From Octopus sinensis (taxonomy: Eukaryota): a stretch of 64,000 nucleotides of DNA. Position 1 is the stretch's first letter. Each line of letters begins with the position of its first letter. Below, in pieces: positions 1 to 12,044 of this stretch. A program made the translations under genes and the position numbers. The notes below the pieces were generated by a model. The model worked only from the letters and a program-made list of their open reading frames with translations. It did not search any database and was not told the DNA's origin. The DNA is taken from assembly GCF_006345805.1 (NCBI RefSeq), contig NC_043002.1, positions 89,094,001 to 89,158,000 on the forward strand. Direction: 5' to 3'.

Positions 1-300
1 TCGTCATCATCGTTTAACGTCCACTTTCCATGCTAGCATGGGTTGGACGGTTCGACCGGGCTCTGGGAAGCCAGAAGGCTGCACCAGGCTCCAGTCTGAT
101 CTGGCAGTGTTTGTACAGCTGGATGCCCTTCCTAACGCCAACCACTCTGTGAGTGTGGTGGGTGCTTTTTACGTGCCACCTGCTCAGGTGCCAGGCGAGG
201 CTGGCAACGGTCACAATTGGATTGGTTCTTTTTACGTGCCACCGGCACGGAAGCCAGTCAAAGTGGCGCCGGCATCGGCCACGTTCAGATGGTGCTTTTT
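1..300 (-). mobile_element. RTE 3'-UTR/tail-only copy
   Basis: (CAT)n-gtttaacgtcc-CCATGCTAGCATGG...GGATGCCCTTCC, as in the 3' end of the LINE at 16217. Confidence 0.85.
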
Positions 301-990
301 TACTCACATTGTAATTATCTGCTTGGTATAGCTATTGTGAAACACAGTGTATAATACACAATTTTTTTTTTCCCACCCAAATTAAGATTAAAAACAGGAA
401 GTTTATAATGCATGGCATTAGGTGGCAATGATTTTCACTCCACCCACTTGTATTGAGAAAAATGCAATGTAATAAAAATTACATTATTCGTCGTCATCAT
501 TTAACATCCATGTTCCATGCTGGCATGAGTTGGATAGTTTGACAGGATCTATTGTGTCCAATGTCTGCTCCGACAGGATTTCTACAGTTGGATGCCCTTC
601 CTAATGCTAACCACTTTACAGCACAAACTGTGTGCTGTTTCCATTCCACCTGCACTATTGAGGTCACCATGCAGTTTGCAGGACTATGAGCTCTGGGGAA
701 GTCAGTTTTATATTAAGCGACAAGTGGGTGGAGCAGGTTCCTGCAGAGGGATTACATGGCTACTCACATCTAGTAGGAGAAAAGCTGGGAAGAGAAGGAC
801 AAAGTGATCAAAAGAAGCTACAAAACATGAAATGAAATATAAATTGGTTTATAGTAAATCATCTACTTTCAAAGCACTTATTTACCATTACTACTGACAT
901 AGTATTATAGGTTTTTAAGACAATATAGGTCCCAAAATCAAGAGGTATATTTCACTTAGTAACATGTTGACATGATCTTTTATGGTAATA

Positions 991-1321
991 CTAGCACTAA
1001 TAGTGCTAGTGCATGCACACATACACACTAGGACTGTCCAAATCTCCAACCAATCACATACAGCTAGCTGGCATGTAATTGGCACATCAAGTTTCGGGCA
1101 TTTTGATTAGGTTTTGGATAAAAAAATTCGCAAAAAAGTCACTTCTATTGATTTTTTAATGGCTTTGCGGGGTGACTGGGGAAATGTAAAGATGTGCATG
1201 ACCACCCTTGGATGGTTTTGAATGACCATAGAAAGTGCGAGCCCTCTAACTGAAAAATTGTGGATCTGTATAAAGGACACACACACAGACAGACATTTTG
1301 CCGTTTATATATATAGAGAGA
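991..1321 (-). mobile_element. Non-autonomous Helitron-like element
   Basis: Minus-strand 5' A|TCTCTCTATATATA, subterminal (CA)/(GACA) tract, and 3' CTAG|T with an adjacent hairpin (ctagcactaatagtgctag). Confidence 0.45.
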
Positions 1322-1780
1322 TTATGACAAATACCTAGTAGATATTCAAGAAATGAGTTTACAGCCAATAAATAATCTTTTTATCTCAAGGTGATAAGCT
1401 TAAAATCAGTGAAATTTCAATTTGAATTTTTCTTTTCCTTCTATACTTTGGTAGTGTGATATGATTTCCAATCAATAAAACCGAAATATTTTCTTAAACT
1501 GAAATCAGAATTAAGAAGAGCTAATACCAAAATTCTAAAAAGATTTGAAATCATTTCTCTCAATCAAATTAATTTTCAATTCTTTTAATGAATTTTGATT
1601 TCGAGTTCAAATTTCATTTACAGTATATTTGGACTTTTTTTTCTTTTCTTTTCATATTTTTTCTTCATTTACTTCCGCATTTCCAGATTATGAAACATCT
1701 GTTTTGGTACTTTGGAATTTTAATTAAAATGGCTTATTGTAGGTCTTGCTAGTTATCAAATTCAAGTAAACAGCTGTTGG

Positions 1781-2572
1781 TATATATACATATATACACA
1801 CATATATATATACATATATATATATATATACATGCACGCACACTATATACACATATATATATACACATATATATATATACACATATATATATACATATGT
1901 ATACACACACACACTTATTATATACACACACACACACATATATATATACACAACACCACACACACATTATATATACACACCACACACATATATATACACA
2001 CACACACCCACACATATATATACACACACACACATATATACACACACACAACATTATATTACACACACACACATATATATATATATATATTTATATATAT
2101 TATGTATGTATCACTTGGCAATCCCTCAAGGTCGAGGATGATGGTCTTCGCGCAAATTTACTGGTGAGTCCGTAGGTGACCGATAAGACCAATTCTTGCT
2201 TGAAAAGATTGGTCGCAGTGCGGACATCTAGTGCCGGAAGGGAGAGTCGCACGTGGTTGTTGTTGGCGCTCCTTCCGTCGTCGTCTTTTCTCCTCCAGCT
2301 CTGCAGACCTTTTCGGCTCGAAAGTCGCCGTTCCCTCATGGATGATGGTTTTCCAGAGTGGTCTGTTTTTTGCCGTATACACATATATATATATGTATAT
2401 ACATATACATATATATATATACATATATATATACATATATATATATACATATTATACATATATACACATATATACACATATATATACACACATATATACA
2501 CACACATATATATACACACATATATATATATATTATATACACTATATATATATACATACACACATATATATA

Positions 2573-2607
<35 letters not shown>

Positions 2608-2608
2608 C

Positions 2609-2641
<33 letters not shown>

Positions 2642-2814
2642 CATACAACATATATATACATACATATATATATACATACATATATATATATACATACATA
2701 TATATATATACATACATACATATATATACATACATACATTATATACATACATACATATATATACATACATACATATATATATACATACATACTATATAAC
2801 ATACATACATTATA

Positions 2815-2846
<32 letters not shown>

Positions 2847-2881
2847 CATATATATACATACATTACATACATATATAATAC

Positions 2882-2915
<34 letters not shown>

Positions 2916-3493
2916 ACATACATACATATACATACATACTATATATACATACATACATATATATACATACATACATATATATACACACATACATATATAC
3001 ACACATATATATATACACACATCTATATATTACACATATATTATATACACACATATATATATACCACAATATAATATATACACACATATATCTATATACA
3101 CACATATATATAATACACACATATATCTATATATACACTATATATACACACATAATATATATATACACATATATATATATACACATATATAATACACACA
3201 TATATATATATTACACATATATATATATACACACATATATATATATACACATATTATATATATACACATATATATATATACACACATATATATACACACA
3301 TATATATATATATACACACATATATATACACACACATATATTACACACATATATATATATATACACATATATATATATATATATACACATATATATATAT
3401 ATATATATACACATAATATATATACATATATATATATATATACATACATATATAATATACATTATATATACATATATATACATATATATATAC

Positions 3494-3542
<49 letters not shown>

Positions 3543-3545
3543 CAT
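1781..3545. repeat. Long compound (TA)n/(CA)n/(TACA)n microsatellite
   Basis: Seen directly. Source of the Y/I/H/T pseudo-ORFs. Confidence 0.98.
2110..2376 (-). mobile_element. 3' end of a different RTE (BovB-like) LINE with a C-terminal C2H2 zinc finger, embedded in a TA/CA microsatellite
   Basis: [15 protein letters not shown]...[10 protein letters not shown]...[21 protein letters not shown], followed by a short 3' UTR with a hairpin. Confidence 0.85.
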
Positions 3546-4003
3546 TTCAACAATTAATCAATTTCACCAAGTGTTCAGTATGCAAAGGGACCATTCAAAG
3601 GGACCATACCGAAATAAGCATAGTGTTGATGATTTTAACCCACGCTGGTGGAAAGGGGAGAACAGAGATTCTTCGCTTGCTTATTGAATTTGTTGACACT
3701 GTTAGTTACGAGCAGATCTTCGAAAGGGTATGTTCTTATTTTCAGTGTTCCAAATCCAACCAAGGAATTCTGAGCTGATGATAGAAGTGTTGTTTTGACT
3801 AATCTTGAACGTACGTTCTCAAATAACCTTAGCATTTGATTTTTCGATGTCCTTACCCCCAAACTTTTGTGAGTTGAATTAAGCAAACACTATATATGAG
3901 AGAGATTTCTTTAAGTATTAGAAATAGCTTTAAAAAAGTTTTTTAGCTGCTATTTCTAATGAGTTCAGTATGCGGCAAAGTAATACATTTAACTAAGCCC
4001 TTT

Positions 4004-4067
4004 ATATAATATATATATATACATATATACATATAGATACATATATACATATATTATATATATATAC

Positions 4068-4102
<35 letters not shown>

Positions 4103-4204
4103 CATATATATACATATATATTTATTATATAACATATATATATATATATATATTACATATATATATACATATACATATATATATATACATATACATATAT
4201 ATAC
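4004..4204. repeat. (TA)n/(TACA)n microsatellite
   Basis: Seen directly. Confidence 0.97.
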
Positions 4205-4277
4205 TTCATGGAGGCTTTCTAGCAACTGCTATTTGGTGCATGAGAGAGTTCGATGCAGCTGCCCTCGGCAGGAGGGG

Positions 4278-4377
4278 NNNNNNNNNNNNNNNNNNNNNNN
4301 NNNNNNNNNNNNNNNNNNNNNNNNNNNNNNNNNNNNNNNNNNNNNNNNNNNNNNNNNNNNNNNNNNNNNNNNNNNNN
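4278..4377. other. Assembly gap (100 N)
   Basis: Run of N. Confidence 1.
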
Positions 4378-5125
4378 CACAGGTGCTTTTATGTGACACC
4401 AGCACCTGAAAGGACAAGCTTGTATGTGTAGAAGGTAGTGATTCTACTTAGCTTGACATATCTTATCAAGTACAGCGAACTGCCCGTCTCCCAGTCCTTT
4501 GTCATTTTCTCGGTGAAGACTGGCATCTGAAGATTCTGGATTTTTTCGGTTTGAACGGCAGTTTTTAACATAATTTCTAGGTAACTAAAAAAATTTTAAC
4601 TTCATATACTGGTAGAATGTGTTTATAAAACATCTTTTTCTCTTGGCTTTGAGAAAATTCTATAGTTTGTAAGATATTTGTTGTTTTTTTTTTCTTCAAT
4701 TTCTGCAATTTCAACCAATCAATGACCGTCTATTGAGGTGAAAACATTCTGTGCCGTATGAATATGTCCCTCGTTTAAGAAACAGATTGGGTTTATTTAC
4801 ATTTCTGAAGAAAAAAAAGATACCCTTCCCCCTAACCCTAAAACAGATTGAAATGCAATAGGTCGATACTAGGGTCATAATTATGGGTGACAATTTCATA
4901 TGACACCGCCAGAAAAAACTGCCGTTCAAACCGAAAAGATCCAAGATTCTTTCTCACTACTTCATCCTACATCTTCCTGAGTCCACCCCCTTCCACAAGT
5001 ACCCTCTACAGTTAGAGCTCAGCACTTCTTTATGAAGCTGTCCTCATCCAAACACAACACATGACCAAACACAGCACAGTCTTCTCTCTTGCACACAACA
5101 TCTGATGCCTTTTATAACCAGTTTT
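4378..5125 (-). mobile_element. Old RTE LINE 3' fragment interrupted by a Merlin-like MITE
   Basis: Reverse-strand similarity to the RTE C-terminus (ctctcttgcacac, catgacca, cttccaca) on both sides of the 4538-4942 insertion. Confidence 0.65.
4538..4942. mobile_element. Non-autonomous Merlin-like DNA transposon (MITE), copy 1
   Basis: ~28-bp TIRs GGAT(C/T)TTTTCGGTTTGAACGGCAGTTTT with GG..CC termini. 8-bp TSD AAGATTCT at 4530-4537 and 4943-4950. Confidence 0.85.
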
Positions 5126-5438
5126 CTAAGGGTTAAATATTACCATTTGAAAATAAAAGTATATCAATAATAGCATGCAACCATACAAGTTCTATAAATA
5201 AAACTTCTGTTTTCCTGCAACAGAAAGAGTTCAAAAAGCTAAATTAAGCCATTGAAGTAGGATTAACAATGGAAACAAAATTTTGTACACAATTATAGTA
5301 CAATGCTCTAATGAGAAGAGGGTGAAAGTAGATTAAAATCAACTTGAAAACCATAAAATGAGGATGAAAGAAGTCCCAGAAGTCTTCTACCATATATGTT
5401 TCATATTACAAAGTTTTTGAAAAAAAAAAATCAATAAC

Positions 5439-5608
5439 AGACATGGCTATGTGATAAAAAGTTTGCTTCCCAGCCACATGGTTCTGGGTTCAGTCCCACT
5501 GTATGGCATCTGGACAAGTGTCTTTTACTATTATAACCTTAGGCCAACCAAAGCCTTGAGTGGATTTGGTAAGGAGAAACTGACAGAAGTTTGTCATGTG
5601 TGTGTATA

Positions 5609-5668
<60 letters not shown>

Positions 5669-5880
5669 TATATGCTTGTGTGTGTGTGTGCGCATTTGTT
5701 CCCCACCACTGCTTGACAACCAGTGTTGATGTGATTAAATCCATGTAACTTAGCAGTTCAGCAAAGGAAACCAATAGAATAAGTACCAGACTTTAAAACA
5801 CAAGTACTGGGATTGATTTTAGTGGTATTGATTTCAAGGTGGTACAGTCTAATGATTGAAGCAAGTAAAAGACAAGAGGA
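5439..5880 (+). mobile_element. SINE family A, diverged copy
   Basis: Head, internal microsatellite and tail are recognisable. Confidence 0.8.
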
Positions 5881-6800
5881 AAAGGCAAAAAGACAGCAGC
5901 TTAGTTTGTTACAAACCAAATGACTTATTTTGTAAATAACAGTGATACACAGTCTCATCCAGAGTTTAATATCTAAAATGGATACTATAATTATATTTTG
6001 GATAAATTGCTTTAACCCTTTAGCATTCAGATTACTCTGCTTATTTATTCACATTGTTTTGAATTAATCATGCATTATCTTGTAGCTTCAAGATTTCAAT
6101 GCTGTGTTTGTATATTTTTAGAATGACATTGCAGGGTTAGATTTGGTCTGTTTTAACATAAATTAGGTAGAATATTTGAGCCAGATACAGCGAGATTAAA
6201 TATTAAAGAGTTAAATCATCCCCATCTAGTCAAAATGCTCCACCCGTCTTATGCTGGAAATGGCTAGATCCTGCCTCTCACACTTACCCTTCAAATGTCA
6301 TTCTAAAAACTAAGCGATCACATTTTCAAAATATGGAAGATGCAAAAATAATACATGATTAATTTCACAAAATGTGAATAAATAAGCAATATATTTGACA
6401 GAATAATCTGAATGCCTAAAGAGTTAAAAGAAAGCTGACACTCTTCAGCTGGTCTGAGACTATTGATTCACTTACACTTGTTGCATAGCTAGTCAGAAGA
6501 AAGTTCAACTAGAGTTCCATAAAAATATGCAAATAAATATAGACCTAAAAATAAACTTCTTTTGCTCTCACAACTTTTATTTTCTGAGAAAACATGCAGT
6601 TTTTTTTTTCCTCTTTCGTACTAATTTACATAATCATTCTAAATCTCATTATTTTTCTAATCTATAAATTTTCCAAGGTCAACTACATTACTTACAAAGA
6701 GGAAATACAATATTCTTGGGGGGAATTTTCGGAGAGGAGGCTGTCAGGGACTAAAATAAATTTTAGAAAACTTTAAATAGCCTGACTTACTCCTTCAAAA

Positions 6801-7103
6801 TGTATGTTCCTTCTCGAGCCATGCCTGGCTCATAAGGGCCGATTTCCCGGTTTCTTGGCATATAGGTTCCCCACCTAGATGGGATGCTGGTCCATCACAG
6901 GTGAGCTGCAAGATGCAGGAGGAAAGAGTGAGAGAAAGTTGTGGCAAAAGAGTCAGCAGAAGTTTCGCCATTACCTTCTGCCAGAGCCGCGTGGAGCTTA
7001 GGTGTTTTGCTCATAAACACGCACATCGTCCGGTCTGAGATTCGAACCCGCGATTCCTCGACCGCGAGTCCGCTGCTCTAACCACTAGGCCATGTGCCAC
7101 CAC
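6801..7103 (-). mobile_element. tRNA-derived SINE, full length, with TSD
   Basis: Minus-strand A box TGGCCTAGTGG and B box GGTTCGAATC. 12-bp TSD ACTCCTTCAAAA at 6789-6800 and 7104-7115. Confidence 0.85.
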
Positions 7104-7319
7104 ACTCCTTCAAAAGATGTCCATCTATGCAAAACTGGCTATGCATGTACAAAACTTTGCTCATCAACGTCCAACATACATATACATACATTCACTTTTT
7201 GATACCAAGATAAATACACATTGAAATATTCTTATTCTTTTACACATTTCAGTCATTTGACTGCAGCCGTGCTGGAGCACCATACAAACATACAGACACA
7301 CACACACATTTTTATATAG

Positions 7320-7484
7320 AAAGATAGATGGATGAATAGTGGGACGGATGGTCAGATTGGTGGGTAGGTAGGTAGGTAGATAGATAGATGGATCGATAGG
7401 TAGTTAGATAGATTGACAGATAGACAGATGGATCGATAGGTAGTTAGATAGATTGATAGATAGACAGATGGATCGATAGGTAGT

Positions 7485-7520
<36 letters not shown>

Positions 7521-7622
7521 CAGATGGATCAATAGGTAGTTAGATAGATAGATAGATAGATAGATAGGTAGGTAGGTAGGTAAATGAATGGATAGATGGG
7601 TGGACAAACAGACAGACAGACA
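7320..7622. repeat. (GATA)n/(GGTA)n/(GACA)n compound microsatellite with higher-order units
   Basis: Seen directly. The unit gatggatcgataggtagttagatagat recurs. Confidence 0.95.
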
Positions 7623-8234
7623 GTTTCAGAAATTTGCATTCTCATTTTGTCTCTGTGTATTAAAATGCAAAATAAAAATATACACTTTTTGTATATTTTG
7701 ATCATATGAAAAGGAACAATGCCTATGCAGAGTCCTTCCCAGGCTGGCTGACTGGTGTGTCAATAGAAACGACTTCTTATAATATAAACTTCATATTCTG
7801 TTGTTATTCACCTTCTAAAAAAAGAAAGAGAATTATATGAATGGTTGTAATGTACAGTTCTTCTGAGAATAGGCTGCTTGTAGTTTAGTTTATTTAGTAA
7901 ATAATGATGATTTTGTAAATGTTGAGAAACTATCAGATTCTAATATATATATATATATATATATATCGTTTAGCGTCCGCTTTCCATGCTAGCATGGGTT
8001 GGATGGTTCAACTGGGATCTGGGAAGCCAGAAGGCTGCACCAGGCCCAGTCTGATCTGGCAATGTTTCTATGGCTGTGTGGTAAAGAAGTTAACTTTTCA
8101 ATCACATGGTTCCAAATTCAGTCCCACTGCATGGTACCTTGGGCAAATGTCTTCTACTATAGTCTCAGGCCAACCAAAGTCTTGTGAGTGGATTTGGTAG
8201 ACGGAAACTAACCTAGCATTGATGGTCTATGTGT

Positions 8235-8610
8235 GAAGGTGCATGGCTCCATGGTTCGAGCGTCAGGCTCACAACCATGAGGTAGTGAGTTTGATTCCTG
8301 GACTGTGTTCTTGAGCAAGACACTTTATTTCATGTTGCTCCAGTTCACTCAGCTGCAGAAATAAGTTTGTGATGTCATTGGTGCCAAGCTGTATCGACCT
8401 TTGCCTTTCCCTTGCATAACATCAGAGGCATGGAGAGGGTAGGTTGGTATGCGTGGGTGACTGTTGGTCATCCATAAACAACCTTGCCCAGATTTGTACT
8501 TCGGAGGGTAACTTTCTAGACAGACAAACAGACAGACAGATAGATGAGTTATAGATAGATAGATAGATAGACAGATGTTTATGACCGAAGGGAGTCTTTA
8601 CCCTTTACCC
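8235..8610 (+). mobile_element. tRNA-derived SINE family B (partial reverse copy at ~27865-27990)
   Basis: A/B-box-like head, CTTGAGCAAGACACTT core and (CTTTAC)n-like tail. Interrupted by a GATA/GACA repeat. Confidence 0.7.
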
Positions 8611-9175
8611 AATGGTAGGAGCTGACTTCAGAATTGTGTGGTCCAGAGTTAATTCCCACTGCATGGTATGGTGGGCAGATATCTTCAATTATGGCTTTGT
8701 GAGTGGAATTGGTAGACAGAAACTGTAAGAAATCCAAGATGTGTGTATGTCTCTGTCTGGTGTTGATGTTTGCATGCTGATTGTAAAGTCAACTTTCATA
8801 CAAACAGATGTCACTGTTTACAATTTGCAGTGAAAATATTGCCTTGCTTGGTAACAAGTGAGGGTTGGTAGCATCAAGAACATCTGGCCAGAGAAAGTTT
8901 GCCTTAAGTTTTGTTAGAACTATGCAAGCAGCAAAAACTTGATGTCATAATGATGAAACAGGTCAAAAGTGGAGTAAGTTTTTTTTTTTTTTTTTTTTTT
9001 TTTTTCCAGAGAAAGTGGGGAAACGTGTGATATTTCATGCAGAAACCCTTCATTAAAGAGTGAAATTTTCTGATGATACCAAATAGATAACATGAGAAAA
9101 TATTTCCAACATTATGTTTTGTTTTAAATATTAAAATTGTCAGTTTTCCCATAGACACTAATTTGTCCCGGCTTT

Positions 9176-9655
9176 ATCATCATCATCATCGTTTAACGTC
9201 CGCTTTCCATGCTAGCATGGGTTGGACGATTTTGACTGAGGGCTGGCAAACCAGATGGCTGCACCAGGCTCCAATCTTGATCTGACAGAGTTTCTACAGC
9301 TGGATGCCCTTCCTAATGCCAACCACTCTGAGAGTGTAGCGGGTGCTTTTTACATGTCACCGGCACGGGAGCCAGTCAGGCGGTACTGGCAATGACCTCG
9401 CTTGAATCTTTTTACACGTGCCACCAGCACAGGTGCCAGTGAAGCAGCGTTGGTAACGATCACTAATATTTAGTGTCCAATTTCCATGCTGGCATAGGTT
9501 GGACAGCTTGACAGGAACTGATAAGGCCAGGGGATGCACCAGGTTCCGTTGTCTGTTTTGGCTCGGTTTCTACAGCTAGATGCCCTTCCAAATGCCGACC
9601 ACTCCACAAAGTATACTGGGTGCTTTTTATGCGACACCAATGCTTCTCATGTGGC
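9176..9655 (-). mobile_element. Two adjacent RTE tail-only copies
   Basis: Same tail motifs starting at ~9176 and ~9470. Confidence 0.82.
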
Positions 9656-11161
9656 ACTGTTTATAAACATAATACCATTTTTTGCCAAAACTAAGATCTG
9701 AGGAAACTAGCGATGATTGTCTATATCACATGTGGCTCTGTGTCAAGAAGTCTGCTTTGGAACCATGTAGCTTAGGGTTCATTTCAACATGTTGCTCACC
9801 CCCATGTTCACTATCCTGTTGTTGTTGGGTTTTGGGTTGCTTTTTTTTTTCTGCAGACACGCTAAAACCACGGTTTCTAGCATCATTATCATCATTTTAA
9901 TGCCCACATGGGATTTGTTGAGGCAGATTTCTTACAGCTAGATGCCCTTCCTCTTTGTGACTCTAACCTGTTTCCAAATAAGGTAATATTTCCCCATGAC
10001 CAGATATGTTTTCACAGAAGACTAGAATCAAAAGACACTGCTTGAATGATGGTGATACTTGTTTACAACTATCACATGATGTCAAAGGCAAGGAAAGAGT
10101 AATACACACCCATGCATATGTGCACACATGCATGCACTCACACAAATATATACATGTACATATATGATGTGCTTCTTTCAGTTTCCCTCTATCAAGTCCA
10201 GTCACAAGGCTTTGTTGGCCTGGGGCTATAATAGAAGACATTCAAAGCTGTCCTTTGTCTTAGAATGGTAAGATGTGATTTAAAGGAAGATTTGGTTATT
10301 TCTAAGCAAGTCAAACAACTACAGATAAGGTCCCTTGTTGGCTTTCGATAGTAGAAGTTTTAATCAACAGTCACGTACAGGTAAGATGACTTAAGAGGAT
10401 GGACCATTAAGCTTTTTATCGCCATTATACAATAGCTGGGTTACCTATATGCAACAGGTACCAAATCATTTTTAAAATTTAACACATTAGTTATAATCCA
10501 GAGATATATTAAGCACAAGCACATTCCCTTGGAGGAGGAAACAAAGACACTTTTGTGTCTATCCCCATCTTAATTAACATACAAGATAGGCCAGAAGAAA
10601 TTCTGTGTCCCTTCACATATACGTCGAGAAGGCAGGGCAAACTATTCTACTCTTGCCATACCTCTTCTTACTAACACCATACAGGATCCAAGACAAACTC
10701 AAAATTCAGCTGCTCCCGCCTCTTCTATTCATAAAATAATGAAAGAACTACTAAACTAGACAGCAGCTGTTACGGAATGCAAGTCTTTTTAAAATTCTTT
10801 CAACCACTTTGAAGTATGCTAACAGCTGAACATTACATTGGTCACCATTTTTCAATCATTTGTTCAAATAAACGTTTACAAACACACGTGTGTGTGTCAG
10901 TGTGTGTACGCGCGCTTAAGTCTTTGTTTACTTACGTAGTCACGTATGTTAGGAGAGAGATTTACACACACTCGCTGGAATTGTTTGTGCATATATACAT
11001 ATTACACACGAGCCAACGATAGACCCTCTAAGTCAGAGATTCTCAACCGGGATCCACACAAGATTTTGTTAAAATTTATGTGCAATAAATTGGGTTTACT
11101 TCTACTATACACAAAATATTTTAGCAGAATTTTTTAATACAATTCCTAATAATTCTTAATT

Positions 11162-11465
11162 ATAGGCGTAGGTGTGGCTGTGTGGTAAGTAGCTTGCTTA
11201 CCAACAACATGGTTCAGGGTTCAGTCCCACTGCGTAGCACCTTCGGCAAGTGTCTTCTGTCATATATATATATATAGTGTTTGTGCGTCTGTGTTTGTCC
11301 CCCCAACATCGCTTGACAACCGATGCTGGTGTGTTTATGTCTCCGTAACTTAGCGGTTCGGCTAAAGAGACCGATAGAATAAGTACTAGTCCTGGGGTCG
11401 ATTTGCTCGACTAAAGGCGATGCTCATGGCCACAGTCAAATGACTGAAACAAGTAAAGTAAGTAA
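11162..11465 (+). mobile_element. SINE family A, internally deleted
   Basis: Same head and tail as 26940-27354. Confidence 0.85.
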
Positions 11466-12026
11466 ATAGAAATATAATGGGACTTTTTTAAACATCGAAT
11501 GTTTATTAGATTAATCAAATGGCTCTATTGTTCTTGGCAATCATCGGATATGCTAGAAATATCAGTCAAAATTCCTTAAAACCAGACTCATATTGTCTTG
11601 GGAAATGGTACAAGAGATAATGTGTCTACGAATGAACTGCTCATGGTTGGAACTTTTTTTTTTGACAACAGGTCTACTCGATCAGAGCCTTTCATTGGGT
11701 AAATGAAAACTTAAATGCAGCAATATAATCCATATGCGAGTCTGTCTATGTTGTATTGAGCTACGATCAAGATTCCTAAAAATTCAACAGACTCCTAAAA
11801 GTATTGCAATCAAGTGTCAGATGACAGGTACCCTCTTCAAACATCTAATGTCGGTTGTTACAATGGGGGTAAAAAAAAAAGGGGGCCTCGAGAGGACCAA
11901 CACACCCTTACACACTCACGCGCTTCCGCATCTACCGCACGCGAAATCAGAAACGTGCGTGTGTGTGAAACAAGCTTCTATCTCAAGAGTAGATCTGAGT
12001 GGTCGGTAACGAATAAGTGACATTAC

Positions 12027-12044
12027 AGTACCATGAGCCGCCGC
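12027..12044 (-). CDS. Candidate 18-nt in-frame microexon (AAAHGT) in the first PPP1R14 intron
   Basis: Minus strand reads ~120 nt polypyrimidine tract ...tttcctgtttAG|GCGGCGGCTCATGGTACT|GTAATG. Phase 0-0, compatible with the exon-1 donor. No transcript evidence is available. Confidence 0.5.

Noticed and set aside
3770-3810. Hammerhead ribozyme core CTGATGA
   Set aside because: No stem II followed by GAAA and no closing stems were found.
1724-4225. Many 60-240 aa ORFs rich in Y/I/H/T or C/V/M
   Set aside because: Translations of (TA)n/(CA)n microsatellites, which lack stop codons. Not genes.
7030-7103. tRNA gene (also SINE heads at 26940, 11162 and 8235)
   Set aside because: A/B boxes are followed by a SINE body and flanked by a TSD. 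No proper acceptor stem or terminator.
1-11900. Downstream PPP1R14 exon (expected acidic E-I-D-x-D-E-L-L motif)
   Set aside because: No such minus-strand segment with splice sites was seen by eye. It is probably left of the window or in the gap.
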